A stretch of DNA of 64,000 nucleotides from Balanoglossus misakiensis (lineage: Eukaryota; Animalia; Hemichordata). The translations under genes were made by a program, and so were the position numbers. Location of the stretch: contig CM082590.2 in assembly GCA_040954595.2 (NCBI GenBank), forward strand, positions 434,001 to 498,000. The letters are read 5' to 3'. The stretch's first letter is position 1. Each line of letters begins with the position of its first letter. Below, one piece after another: positions 37,202 through 50,502 of this stretch. Under the pieces are notes generated by a model. That model searched no databases. It saw only the letters and a list, made by a program, of their open reading frames with translations, and had not been told where the DNA came from.

Positions 37202-40200
37202 TTTAAAACCAACAAGCATCCCAGGCTACCTCAATGTTGTTCGTTTAATACATGCGGAGGCCGGGGCACCCAACCCACTGGAGGACAACTGGCTGTTGGA
37301 AATTGTCAAACGCGGCATCGCTCGCACTCATGGAGTACCCCCAAAGCAGAAGTTGCCAATTACACCACGTATTCTGGAAGATGTTCATGCTCGGCTTGAT
37401 CTCACCATCCCATTTAACGCGACATTTTGGTGTGCCTGCTTGAACGCCTTCTTCACATTTGCCAGAAAGAGTACTCTACTCAGCGCAACAGATAGACTGC
37501 CTAATACAGACAAGTATTTCCGCAGAGATGACTTTGCAATTTGTGATTTTGGTGCAAAGCTGACAATTAGACACACAAAAACTATTCAGTACGGCCAGTG
37601 TGTTTTAACACTGCCACTCAGTAATGTTCCAAATTCTTGCCTTTGCCCTATCATGGCCTACCAAAATATGGTTAGCCTTTCTCCAGCTCATTCCAGGTCA
37701 GCTCACTTGTTTTCTTTTGTCCCCCTTTTGCGTACCCTAACCCACTCCAAATTCACAAAGACACTTAAATTAGTGTTAAGTGATTGCGGTTTCAAACCTG
37801 CCAATTACTCTGGTCATTCCTTCCGCAGAGGGGGAGCCACATTTGCCTTTAACCTGGGTATCCCCCTCCAGTCCTGATCAAATTGCAGGGCGACTGGAGT
37901 TCCAATGCGTACGAACGTTATACAGTTGCTAACGAAGCCATTAAGCTTAAAGTTGCCAAATCCATAGCCCTAGCTATTGCTTACTAATAGTTAATGACGA
38001 GGGCTGGTACTCCTGGTGTTTGGGGGTTTGGCATATTTGGCTGAGTAGCCTGTCAATTTGTCATTAAAGGCAGTTGACCTTTGACCCCAAACTCAGGAGT
38101 GTGTCCGTGTTTATTGTTAGTACTAGTTAAAGGCGGAACGCTCGGTAGGGCCCTACCGAGCAAAATCAATAAAATGTGGGCGTGGCTTAAGCTCTGACGC
38201 CACTATATATTGTTACAACAATTGACCTAAAATGGGCATCCCGGGCCCGCCAAAAGCAAACACCGATCCAGCTAGTTCTTACGTACCCGCGGAACGTGTT
38301 GTCAGCTGAATCTATCGTGTCGACATGAATTGTCAAGATAGCGGTCACTGAAGAGCAGGAGAAAGCACTGGCAATTTTCTCTGCCGAGCTTTCGGTCATC
38401 GACCGGCGGGGGCACATAAGTTCACCTGCTGCGACCGCGGGGGTTAGTACCGTGCGTGGTATCGGCTACCGGCGAGTTTAATGCGGGGGACACTGCCGGT
38501 CTATCGGATGCAGCAGCCGTCGAAGTAAACACCGTGTCCATGAGCACATCGGCTTCCGGAGATTCGGACAACTGTGAATTTTGTTTTTGTTCGCCATGTG
38601 TTACCACACATAGGCTGTCTTGGCTAGTCCGTGGTCTCTACCCGAATTTACCCGGTGTTTCTTACGTTGGGCATAAATGGCACTGATGAGGCTTTCCCCT
38701 CTTCACTTTGTACGGTTGGTACACAAATACAAACGGTCCTTTTCAGGACCAACACAATTTCCAAGAAGAGAACTACCGAATTTATGGACGTGTGCATGTT
38801 CATGTGTGATAAATTTGGTATGATCATATCCCTATTTTCAGGTCACGCACACTTTGCAATCAACGCCAATGTATCAATGATTTGCATAATATGTCAATCA
38901 CGCAAATTCAAACTGAAAATCGTACCGATATACCGGTCATATCTCGGGGACAAAATTATTTCATCTTCGGTTTTCGAAAGTATTTTCAAATTGTATTGCA
39001 CCAGAAACCGCAGATGTCGTGCTAAATAAACTCATGCACTCCTTTATGAATTTAGCTCAACAACAAAAATCATCGGTAGACCTAAATTTACTGTCTATTA
39101 TGGACAACGTCCGTTCTGTTGTTAGTGAGTTTGAATCTCCCACCATTATGCCAACTCTCGCAAAGTCTCGCCCTTTTATACGGGAGTTGGGGGTTTAAGC
39201 ATACATTTAAGTGGACAATAACACTCTGTTTTATTGTAATTTAAATGGGCGGGTACGAGGGGGCTCTCCCCTAGTCCTGTGTTTCTATCCAGACCCGGCT
39301 ACACGGGTTAACAATGCGGAAGCGGACTTTGACCCTCACTCGCTAATGTGCGAGTCAGGTTTCATTAGCATGGTAGTCACTTGTAGACTTGGGTAGTAGT
39401 TCGGAAAATCGGCTGAAATACGATGAATATGAACCAAATAGGAATCCAAATATCTTGGCATCCACAGCAGGTACAGCATTAACATTTTATGGTATGGATT
39501 GGTCATGATTCTCGTATTTGTTGGTGGACTGTCATCTACTTTCACATACTTCCACAAATAGAACGTATACAACCTCATGTTTTGGCATTTGATGAGAAAG
39601 AACACAGTTTTTGAGTGTATTTTGTTTATTAGGCGCATTGCTAATTTAACGCAAACAAATACATGTAGAAGTTTGTTTTTTTGGTTGTTGTGTTTGTACT
39701 TGTAGGACATCCATTTCGGGTGGTTGCCTACTTCCCCATATCTCCACATCCAGAGCAAATACAGCCTACGCATTTGAATGGTACAACCCTGAACGGAGTC
39801 TAATGGTTATTATCTCTATGCTTGGGCCCCTTCAATGCTGCTTGCAGCTTAAATTATTTACTCTACTTCCTCAGGGTCACTGACATGTCCGATTGACCTC
39901 TGAACATAACATCCACACTAAGATTGCATCAAAATATACAGCAATCAGACAAAGTCCGAAAATGGATTTCTGGCGAGAATTGACAAACAAATGGAATATT
40001 GCTAATTTGGCCATAATTTAACATTCTCGCCCCACCAGACTACGTATTTCTTTCGTTTCACTATCGAAATCACGTACTCTGGTTAAAATGGAGTACTGCG
40101 CTGGTATTTGAACATAGTGGTAATGCATATTCATGAGATGACATCATTATAATCTGGCCAATCAAAGTGCACCTTATTCGCTCTCACTCAGACTCAGAGC

Positions 40201-41329
40201 ACTGCCACTTTTTGCAAGTAACAACGAAATCTCGATGTCCCAAAATATTTTGCTCTAACTTCACAGAATTTCAAACAAAAGTCAAAGGAGTGACATTTTA
40301 AGATACAAAGGTATAAATATAAGTATGTAGACACACTGTCGAAAACACGGTCGCGCGCGTTCGACTGACCGCGACCATGCGTGGTATATCGCGTCCACAG
40401 CTCAATGCAGTTGGCTGGGTCCGGCGATCGCGCGCGCGACCACCCGCTCTCGACATCGGCTCCAAAGTTGTTGTCACGGTCAGGATTACTAATGGCCTTG
40501 ATCGGTATAAAATTGTAGTCAATGAAACCCCCAAAAATCGTAATCATTGTTGAAGTCGCTGTCATGAAAATGTCCAGTGAAAAATTTGCTGTCTTCCGGG
40601 TTTACAAAGTGAAGGAAGGACGCATACTGTCAAAGGTCACGTAATTAAGAAGCCGCGTTTAGAATGAGATGTAATGAGATGCGTGAATGGGATGTAACAA
40701 GCAATCTGATTGGTTGTTGGATGTACTGTGAAAGCGCCTAGACCAAATACTGAATACATGGCCGTATTATACCACGGCCTTTTTGCGGGGAGCAGAGCGC
40801 TGCCGTAAAAGGGAGGGCCGTGGTTTGCGACGATGTAATTTAAAGGCTGGCGATTGTCCTATGTGCATGTGCGTAGTTTTGTGTGTACGAACATTACGTT
40901 CAATCCAATGCTCTGCAAATTTTGCATTTGTTGCATTCAAATATTGGACTGCTTTCGCTTCCTTCCATGTCATGTACACCGTATAAGTAGACTTTAGTTT
41001 TGTCCCTTCTTTTCACCCAATTTGCTGTCTTCTCCCGATCTCCCACACTGACTATGGTCGCCGCCATTGTGTATGTTGTTAGGACAGCACACTGCCTTAT
41101 GGCATTGGCTGTATACAATTTTTGTAACCAGAGTCTCTAGTTTGGCACATGTGCATTAAGACAATCGTCGCCTTTTGAGCAAAACGGAAAGAGAACATCC
41201 CTGTATACATTTAACCCTATACCAAATTTGAAAGCAAATGGGCACGCAGTATTACAGAAGATATCTTGATCACAAATGAAGAAAATGACCCCATACACGC
41301 ACGCACATGTAATCACACACATACATGTA

Positions 41330-42483
41330 CAGTGGAACGCCGATTATCCGAACCTGATGGGCGGGTTAGATTTTGTTCAGATAAATGATTGTTTGGATAA
41401 TTGATTTTTCGCATGTCCGAAACAAAGGAAATTGGCCACACCATTTGGGCATGCATATGTTATTTTTGCCACATGCACGTGCATTTTCCATGCACCCACA
41501 AAAAGAAGTTAACAAAATAACAAAACATCATTTGTCTTCTTTTATATAAAAATATTTAGAGTTCGAAATGTTAAAAAAGAAATCAAGACAAAGTCAAAGC
41601 TTCAACAATCTGATCCGTTCCGCATCGTATGCATTATGGTCATCTTACCAAACAATGAACATGCGTAGGCCTTCCATGGCCACGGTAGATTTCGCTAGAG
41701 CTGGAGTCTCTTTCTCTTTATCGTCCTCATTTTTCATGCCATGAGTTTATTTCTGAGAAACTAAGTCGGTGATTTCATCTTACGTTATCATTTCGAAGCT
41801 GTCATAGTTCTCGCTAGTCTCCAAATCTTCGATGTCAGTGGCATTCAAACCGCACAAAACAAGCTCTCCGCACGAGGTCACTTCTGCAAGTGACAACTTG
41901 GCTGTCATTCATATTGGTGCTGCCATAGTCACCGGCCGCGACCCGACACGCCTTCACTGTATCGCGGCTGTCCATGCGTTTGAAACGCTGTCTTTCACGT
42001 TGACACCTCGGACAATCTCCACCGTCCGCTCGCACGGGTCAAAGACGGGCGATCTTATCCAACCCATGGCTTTCATTTGTATTATCAACGACAGTGCTAA
42101 GCTTATTTTGGCGATAAGTCTACTACACAGTGGCAAAAAGTTGACCAAAGCCGTGCCGACGCGACATGTGATTTTTACGTTTTACACTTGAGTGTGAAAT
42201 CCTAATGTCAAATGGTACGATACACAGAAGTGTGACACTCTGTTGTTGTAAAATGATTGAAATTTACAATGATAAAGACGTTCTTAACGCATCCCACCAC
42301 CCATTACAACAGAAACAATTAGAACTCATCCCAAAAAAAGAAAAACATTCTAAATTTTCAGTTTTCCTGCGAACATGTCATTGACCACCGAGAAAACAGG
42401 TGCTTGGCCTAGGTAATTAAATATTCTGGGTCTGTACCAAAGCGTTCGGATAATCCGAAATTCAGATAATTGGTGTTCCACTG
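41330..42483 (-). mobile_element. Tc1/pogo-type non-autonomous element (inverted copy of 7727-8770)
   Basis: TIR CAGTGGAAC..CGATTATCCG; TA TSD; long internal identity with the 7.7-kb copy. Confidence 0.85.
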
Positions 42484-42541
42484 TACATACATTCATGCAT
42501 GCATATAATACAGGTACATAGATGAGGTGTACTATAACTAC

Positions 42542-42640
42542 CTGTTCTTCAAGGGTGTCACCAAGTGTGTACATCTTGGCACTCTGTATTTTCTGTTTGC
42601 TGTCTCCCTCTGATGACAAATATCGCTTAGTTATAGCAGC
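42542..42640 (-). CDS. CCDC13: CCDC13-like coding exon 5 (AAITKRYLSSEGDSKQKIQSAKMYTLGDTLEEQ)
   Basis: CAG acceptor, GTAGTT donor, 99 nt, phase 0/0, open frame. Poorly conserved linker, so supported mainly by splice signals and phase. Confidence 0.7.
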
Positions 42641-43317
42641 CTGTTTGTCGAAAAAACAACAAACCAATCATGAAAATCAGAGTTTTCAGTGGGTAACACC
42701 ACAGACAAAGAGAAAAAACAGACTAGCAACGCGGCATGTCCCTTGATGTCTTGTCCGCCTCAGCAAACAACGACAAATAATTGGCTTTAAATGTGTCAAA
42801 TGGGTTAGACGCTGTGGTGATTTCCCAGAATACTTTGCGGTTGTGTCATTATTGACAGCTGCACTACCTTGCCTGACACAGCTTTGCACTTAGGACTCGA
42901 CCGAAACACTACTTCACGACGACCACAATTTACACGTTAGAAGTCGTATTTCCACTTACAACCCATGCAGGCTTACAGAACACGATTCGGCAAACAGGAA
43001 TCGATTCCAAGAAATGAACATTGATGATTAAACCTTTTCAAATTTACGATTGGACACACTTATTACATATTGATAAATTTTTATTAAAATGGTCAAACTC
43101 ATCTCTTCGATGCTCAAACTTCTTCCAATTTTCACGGTCCACTCGCCTTCCGTCTACAGCTGACTGACAACAACAACACAAACTTTCACGAGAACACTTT
43201 CGTTTTATAATCAGGAAATTCCGGACATTGCCAAAGAGCATACGTTCAGGAATATTCGAACAAGCTGCACCTAGAAGGCGACAGCTGAGTCATGCATATA
43301 GGAAATTAGGGCATGTA

Positions 43318-45706
43318 CCGTATATTCTCACAAATAAGCGCCACTTTTTAACCATTTCAAATTTTAGTGGCACCTAAACAAAGGCAGAAATGAGTCTTTT
43401 CAAGAACCGGTGGCGCTTATTCATGGGTCGCCCTGTATCAGTCGGCCCGATCGCCAAAAAAGGAAATCTCATGAATATTTAAATTTGTGTCAAAGGTAAC
43501 GTTTCGCCCAATCAGAAATATGCACAAATGACACGCGCGTAGGAATGTCAACAAGGCCAGTGCCTTTTGCTAACACTGACATCCTGAGGCTGTCTTGCAT
43601 TTATACTAGGTAACCTCTCCGCCCGCCAAGCTCTTGGTATCCGAAAAATAGACCTTGGCAGAACAAATCCTTTGACCGTGGACGGTGTTTTTTTATATAG
43701 CGGTTTCCGCATTGGTTCGTTAGGGAAATTTTGGTCGATCCAACAACCCGTGCGAGCCGACGATGACTCGGTAAATGCTTCCATTAAACTTTGGGCCTCA
43801 CTTTTCAGTGTCAATGCGGCCAAGTATAACGATCCATACTTGTGCTAGTCGGACTATATCAGCTACATGTATGGTATAAAGACGCAACTGATACAGGGGC
43901 AACAGCGATACTCGTAGTATACTCTGTACGGTGACTGTGAGCGTGCATGAGCGGTGTTGTGAGCTATTGCACGGCGCGTATGTTGTAATTTACGTTTGGC
44001 AAAGTTGCTAACAGTTTCCAAGTTGACACCGCACATTCATGAGGTAATCGTCATATTTTGTGAATTCGACTCTTTCTATCATTTACGGTAATTGGTGATT
44101 GTGAATAAAAAAATCATGAAACTTTCGGATCGAGAGTGACTGAGCAACGGCCTAGCTCACGCACAAGATTGTTATCATTGCCGTTGTGTATATAGCACGG
44201 AGCTCCTTGTGTATATAGTGAGGGCATGGCAGAAATTATCAGTTGTCGCTACAAAACGCAACGGTCGATTTCAAAACGCAACGGTAGATCGCTAGAGCGT
44301 GTATCAATGTGTCCTCGGACAAAATCCTGAGCGTTTAGGCAACCTAGATTTTATTTAATTGAACTAAGACCCCGCACTAAAACTTCAGAAGCATACAAGA
44401 ATAGCCATCATCGCCATTGTCGACAGTGAGAACGTAGGCATGGCAGAAATTATCAGCTATCGCTAAAAAACGCAACGGTCGATTTCAAAACGCAACGGTA
44501 GATCGCTATGGAGCGTGTATCAATGTGTCCTCGGACAAAATCCTGGGCATTTAGGCGACGTAGATTTTATTTAATTGAACTTCATTTGTAAAACTCCGGA
44601 CTAAAACCCGGAAGCATACAAGAATAGCCATCATCGCCGTTGTCGACAGTGGGGACTTGGGCATGGCAGAAATTATCAGCTGTCGCTAAAAAACACAACG
44701 GTCGATTTCAAAACGCAACGGTAGATCGCTAGAGCGTGTATCAATGTGTCCTCGGACAAAATCCTGGGCATTTAGGCGACGTAAATTTTATTAAATTGAA
44801 CTAAAACTAAGGGTATGCATATTTTTGTATAGAACTGATATGCATGAGTCAAAAACCAGGAATCTGATTGGGCGAAAAGTTACCTTTGACACTTTATTTA
44901 AATATTCATGAGATTTCCTTTTTTGGCGATCGGGCCGACTGTGTATACTGTACCCTGTTGATTCATATGCAAATGATTTGGGACGTTCCAATCAGTGTTC
45001 TCGTAAGGGGGTGTCCGCAGTGAATGAATGGCTGTTTCAAATTCATATGTAAAGTTTTAACATTTTCTATTCAAATACAGTCAGTTCAATGTATTGTCTA
45101 ATAAATATTCCAGAAATAAAAAGTTGTCAACGAAGTGAATACTACGAGCAGCATTACAGTATGCTGGCTGAACCATCAACAAAATCTACTGACGTATAGT
45201 GGTTTAGTCCAAGTGCGTCTTTGTCATCATGCTCTCACACATGTAAGGTCAGGCAAGGTTGCGTGAATACTCAGGTTGCGTGAATATTCACGAGAAAATT
45301 AATACCACAAACATTCACAACTTGAAACTAGTCCTATTATTTCAAAGCCCTGGCCATATGGTCAAACTTGGGTGGTAGTGCCTGTAGCAGGAAAAAGACG
45401 AGTGTCTAGACGCCCAGCACCTGTGTCTTTTGCAGTGAATAATAATTTACAAAAATTAGGAGGTTGACATGTGCCCGATTTCATCTTGTAAATAAATAAC
45501 ACATCAGCCCAAAACATGCATTGTCTGCTCAGGTCAATTATTATTCACGCAGCAAGCAGGTGTTACCTGGTAGTACTTGCCATGATTCACGTACGTCCTC
45601 AAAAAAAAAAAAAAAATTCATGGCGCTTAATTTTAAGTAAAAAGTAGCAAAGTCAGGTATCACTGGCGCCTAATCATGGGTGGCACTTATTTGTGAGAAT
45701 ATACGG
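43318..45706. mobile_element. Tc1/pogo-type element with nested insertion
   Basis: TIR CCGTATATTCTCACAAATAAG; TA TSD. Confidence 0.75.
43439..44941. mobile_element. Nested DNA transposon with long TIRs and 5-bp TSD
   Basis: TIR CAGTCGGCCCGATCGCCAAAAAAGGAAATCTCATGAATATTTAAAT...; TSD TGTAT; internal tandem repeats of about 215-225 bp at 44223-44800. Confidence 0.85.
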
Positions 45707-46603
45707 TACTTAACACCTTTTGACAATAGCATTGTGAGTCTGTCTTTTCTCTTTGTCTGTGGTTACACCAAGTTCACACTAGGTAAAAGTAGTAACTTTT
45801 CAGAGTCATTATTTGCAATTTGTAAACACAGAGGTTTAATCCTTTGCGTTGCTTTGTGTCTACTCACATGTGCAAAAAATGCAAAGAGCCCCAAAAAATT
45901 GCGTGAAATTGTATTTGAATTACATGCAACAAAGTAACAATAGACAAGCATGCTTTCAGATAAGTAACAACTTGAATGAGTTCTGGCTTCCTGCCTAGCC
46001 AGCCAAACACAAAAAATGAACTTTCAAGTTAAAGTATCATTTACAATGTATAACATCATGAAAAGGATCGTGTTGCAAGTGGTTTCTCTCCCCACCCCCT
46101 CCCCATACGCATTAATACAGACAAGGTAGCAAAATTCTTGTGTTATCATCAAGGAAAATGACCGGGAAGCCCTACTTGCTTTGTTATATCTAATGGTTTC
46201 TGCGTGCATAAATTATAGCGCCGATACATGCCAAGTTTGTGGCCTAGGTTACCTCATGTACATCACTGTGCGTCCTGCTACAGCATACAAGCACGTATGC
46301 GTACATGTGTACAGGGCGCCTGACCAGCCAACCTAGACAAGGCACCCCAGATAGCCTTGCCCGTTCTGTTTTCTTTCAATGGATTTTTTTTGCATGCATG
46401 TCACAAAACCGTGACAAAATATTTGCGCGCACACATTGTAGTTTTGCGAGAAAGCGCAAGAAATAGACATGAACACGAGCCCTGAGTATTTGACCTGAGC
46501 CATTTCAGAAACATCTTAATTGTCCCTGTGTGAATTCCATAATAATCACACAAGAATGTGCATGTACCTTTCCACTGCAAATGTGTGCATACAATTTCCT
46601 TAC

Positions 46604-46743
46604 CTCTTTTTCAAGGTCATTTACTTTCCTAAGAAGTTGTCTGCTTTTGTTTTTCTCACTTTCTACTTCAGACGATAGTTCTCGATTCTTCTTGGAAAGC
46701 TCTACTATTTTGCTGGCTGCAGTCTCACTTGCAACTCCACCCC
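46604..46743 (-). CDS. CCDC13: CCDC13-like coding exon 4 (GGVASETAASKIVELSKKNRELSSEVESEKNK...DLEKE)
   Basis: CAG/GTAAGG, 140 nt, phase 1/0, matching the previous exon. Contains the conserved KIVELSKKNR motif. Confidence 0.92.
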
Positions 46744-47384
46744 CTGAACAACAACAAAGACAATAACAAGAGCAAAAACAATCGCATATCAAACTCAACT
46801 TTTACTGTTACAGTAAATTTATAAGTATTACACTGGCCTGTAACTACATGTACATACTGCCAGCAAGTATAACAATGTCCACGTCATTATCTCTTTCTTA
46901 ACCCTGTTACCCCCTTTTCCACATATAAAGGCCCACCACTGCTATTGAAATGGTTGAGTTGGACCAAACCATGGTGGTGCAAGGGTCAAATCTCCAGTAC
47001 ATGTAGCTCCAACTTTGGGCTATTTTCTTTGTATTTTTGTTCTGGGAATGCACTGTTGTTCCTTATTCTACTCTATTCAACATGTAGAACTGCTTAGTAT
47101 TTAGTTTTTTTTACATATCCCTTTTGTAGTAATCAGCACTGTTATTGTCATAAATCGAATTCAAGTTCAGACTTGGATTCATTTGTCAACGTGAACAATG
47201 GCTGTTATGCACATACAGGCTTTGTTGAGAAGCTATAAAACTTAACATTTTCATAAAGCTGTCCAGAGTAGAACAAAAAACTGGAGTTGATACATCATGG
47301 CAAAATACAGACACAAGTTCCAGCTTCTGGGGGGTTTAAATGAAATGTTTCTAAGTGTAGTTGTGACCCAGGGCTTTAACTTAC

Positions 47385-47490
47385 CAGTCATTGCAATCTT
47401 TGTCTCTTCGTGTTGTTTTTTATGCTTTCTGATTTCATAGTCTCTTTCACTGAGTAATTTATACAGCCTACCGTTCTCGTCTTTCAATTC
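47385..47490 (-). CDS. CCDC13: CCDC13-like coding exon 3 (ELKDENGRLYKLLSERDYEIRKHKKQHEETKIAMT-G)
   Basis: CAG/GTAAGT, 106 nt, phase 0/1. Contains the conserved CCDC13 motif DENGRLYKLLSERD. Confidence 0.92.
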
Positions 47491-47967
47491 CTGCAACAAA
47501 ATTGAAACTATGAATAAATTGCAACCCATGAAGACTGCACAATCACCTCCAAAGCAGTCAGACAACCATGGCCTCATTTGCATAGTCTCTCCTTTTTGAG
47601 CCTTAATATTCTTCGATTTCAAATGACGTCAGACCCAGTAATGTTGGCATTCAAATTTCCAGCTGACAGACAACTTCAGCAACGTGGTGCATGCAACGAC
47701 TGCGCAGACAAAATGCCATAAGGCTGATGAGGCACCATGCCTGATACATGTTACCTGTCTGGAGGTTCTAAAGTATAAAAATACTTGGAAAAAAGTTTTA
47801 CTGTATGCCGAAATATTGTTTACCCGTCACCTGGAAATGACAAGGCTGTGGGTCACATGGCCTGAATAGAATTGTTATGAAAATTAGTCACTATGCTGTC
47901 AAAATATCCTGGAGAGAACACTGAAATAAGATCTCAGAGTGTGGACTCCTTTCAAGTACAAGATAGA

Positions 47968-50035
47968 ATAAAAGCTGCAAGCAGCTCATTGAAGGGGCCC
48001 AAGCATAGAGTTAATAACCATTAGAATCCATTCAGGGTTGTACCATTCAAATGCGTAGGCTGTATTTGCTCTCGATGTTGAGATATGGGGAAGTAGGCAA
48101 CCACCCGAAATGCATGTCCTACAAGTACAAACACAACAACCAAAGGTGAACTTCTCCGTTCAGTAAGTACTTCAAAGGTCAGGTGAGGGTACCCAAAAAT
48201 TGGGCCAAAAATTAGGATTCTTATTTGGTTCATATTCAAGACAACGGAAAATCCTCGCCCTTTGGGTTGGTCAAATTAGATATGGCCATAATAATGAGTT
48301 ACGCAAGTAAGTTACAGGTGACCCCAGGAATTTAGCATTTCATGACGCAGAGGGTCCTACCCTACCCCTCCAAACACCTGGCTATATATGATGTGCATGC
48401 TAACATATGGAAAGCAGGTCAATGGACACCTGAGGTCACCCAAATAATTGACAAAAATGTTTCATTCCTGTTTATGTCATGTGCAACAAATCCTACATTT
48501 GCAGCCCTTTCACTTTGCCTACCATTAGGTATGCACGTAATACATGAATCAAGCAGGTGTCACAGGTATTCCCCTGTATTTGGCATTTTATGATAGTTTC
48601 ATCCCTCCAAATACCAAAGCTGCACCTGTACAACGTGCTGAGATATGGCACTGTACGACAGAGGTCATCCAAATCACCTTATACATTTGGGCAAGAACCA
48701 ACTGACACTTACATTCGTCCCTGTGGAACAAAAACCACACATATCGCCCTGTTGGTTAGTGTCCAATTAAATGTACAAAATCAATGACTTAGGCATGTGC
48801 AACAGGTGACCCCCGCCTTTGGTATATCATTATGGTCCCATCCGTATATCCCCCCCCCCCCACCACGCCAAAGCTGCATGCATCTGCTGTTATTCACTAA
48901 GCAAAAGTAGGTGAAATGTCACATAAGGTCGCCCACAACTTGACAGGAAAATCGGACTTCATAATGATATTGATCCATGTGCAACAAATACCACGCTAGC
49001 ATCCCTTTCATTGACCCCACAATTACGCATGCACATAATAGAGTTACGCAGGTACGGTGTCACAGGTGACCCCCGAATCGGGCGTATTATTTTGGTCCCA
49101 TACAGCTGCATGAAGCTGCGTGCCATTACGGGGGACCTGATAACCCCCACGGCCACCTGCGGGCCGAACCCCATACTGAACGTCCAGTTGCAACGTCACG
49201 ACTGAAGTAGGAACTTTTGAACGGCAACGAAGCCTGATCTCTGATGGTACTATACTCCCTTCGTGCAAGAAAATCACTGGTCTGCTTGCGTATTTCGGCC
49301 AATTTCCCGAACTACTATCCACTACATGTGACTACCATGCTAATGATGAAACCTCCCACAACATTAGCGACTGAGGGTCAAAGTCCGCTGCCGCATTACA
49401 TTGAATGTTAACCAGTGAAGCCGGGTCTGCGTAGACACATTTGAACGGCAACAGCTAACAAACTCAGCGTAATTCAATAAAACGCCCTAACACAGCCTGA
49501 ACTCCGATAATGTGTTGTCCCAAAATTCATTCCGTGGAAAATAATCACTGGTCTGTTTACGTGTTTCAGCCAATTTTCCAAGGACTACTGCAACCCGAGT
49601 CCTAATGAGATCTCCACAACATTACGTAATGACGTTCAAAGTCCGATGCCTCAGTGTTCGTCCTCAGCCCACCAAAAAATGCGAAAAATATTACAAAAAT
49701 CTCCTTCTCAAAATCAACGTGGCCTAGGACCTTGAAATTTGGCACAGGGGATTTTGGCCACATGGTCTACAAAAATCGCGAAAAGAATGTACATACCCCC
49801 ATTAACGTGCAAATTAGGTCAATTTGAAAATTTCGCTCGATTATAGCCACCAAGTCACGTGACTTATTACAAATTCAAAGGGCAGGTGCACCAGTACTCA
49901 TGGGCCCCAATCACCGTGCCAAATTTCAAGGTCCTAGGCCACGTCGATTTTGAGAAAACAAGGAGCAAAAAAACGACTCAAGAAGAAAGAAGAAAAACTC
50001 CAGCAATAACAGGAGGGCGCTTGGTCCCCTAATAA
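47968..50035 (-). mobile_element. Helentron-type non-autonomous element, complete, reverse orientation
   Basis: AAAGCTGCAAGCAGC...GGGGCCCAAGC at the left end; AGAAGAAAGAAG...GCTTGGTCCCCTAAT at the right end. Confidence 0.65.
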
Positions 50036-50410
50036 ATAGCTGTCATGTACACTGCTGGAGCAATGTTTATTTATCAAATGAAACAGAACTTGGTTCAAGT
50101 AGTTCATTTTATCTATTAAAGTATCACACACAAAATCACAATAGGGTACATGTAATTTCCAAGGTTTTTTTTGATAATGCACTGACATTATTTTGCACAG
50201 TGAGGGACTTTATGCAAATATTCCCTGTATTCTTGATACCATAAAAAATGTCAAAAACAGAGACTTTGTCCCTTTAAAAAAAGTACATTGTGTTATTTCA
50301 ATGGGTGTTGCCATATTGAATTTCGTTATTTTGATTGCTCCATTATGTGTAACCTATGTTGTCATTCATCATAAATCCTACTCAGAAAAAAAAAATGTTT
50401 TGTGTCTATT

Positions 50411-50502
50411 TTAACCCTTTCACCACCATGGTTCAGTCCAAACCCATTGTTTTCTATGGTATGTGTGGACCTCTAAAGCGGGAACTGGGGTGAAAGGGTT
50501 TA
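50411..50502. mobile_element. Short piggyBac-like MITE; degenerate relatives near 31555-31630 and 46897-46990
   Basis: TTAACCCTTT...AAAGGGTTTAA. Confidence 0.5.

Larger units (their letters stand above)
35040..38128 (+). mobile_element. Tyrosine-recombinase retrotransposon (Ngaro/DIRS order), internally deleted and interrupted by two MITEs
   Basis: RT (RLPFG, AYLDDFLI, TFLGV), RNase H (TDAC, HINLKEL, YTDN, NCADSTSR), YR N-terminus AYAESTKCTY at about 36330-36524, catalytic region FARKS, YSGHSFRRGGATFAF, GDWSSNAYERY ending 37987. No methyltransferase segment seen, which favours Ngaro. Confidence 0.9.
32527..39856 (+). mobile_element. Helentron-type non-autonomous element expanded by nested insertions
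   Basis: 5' part (GCTTGGGCCC, TTC repeat, core shared with the 241-1890 unit) at 32527-32880; 3' part ending GCTTGGGCCCC...GCTGCTTGCAGCTTAAATT at about 39280-39856. Both ends match the copy at 47968-50035. Confidence 0.6.
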
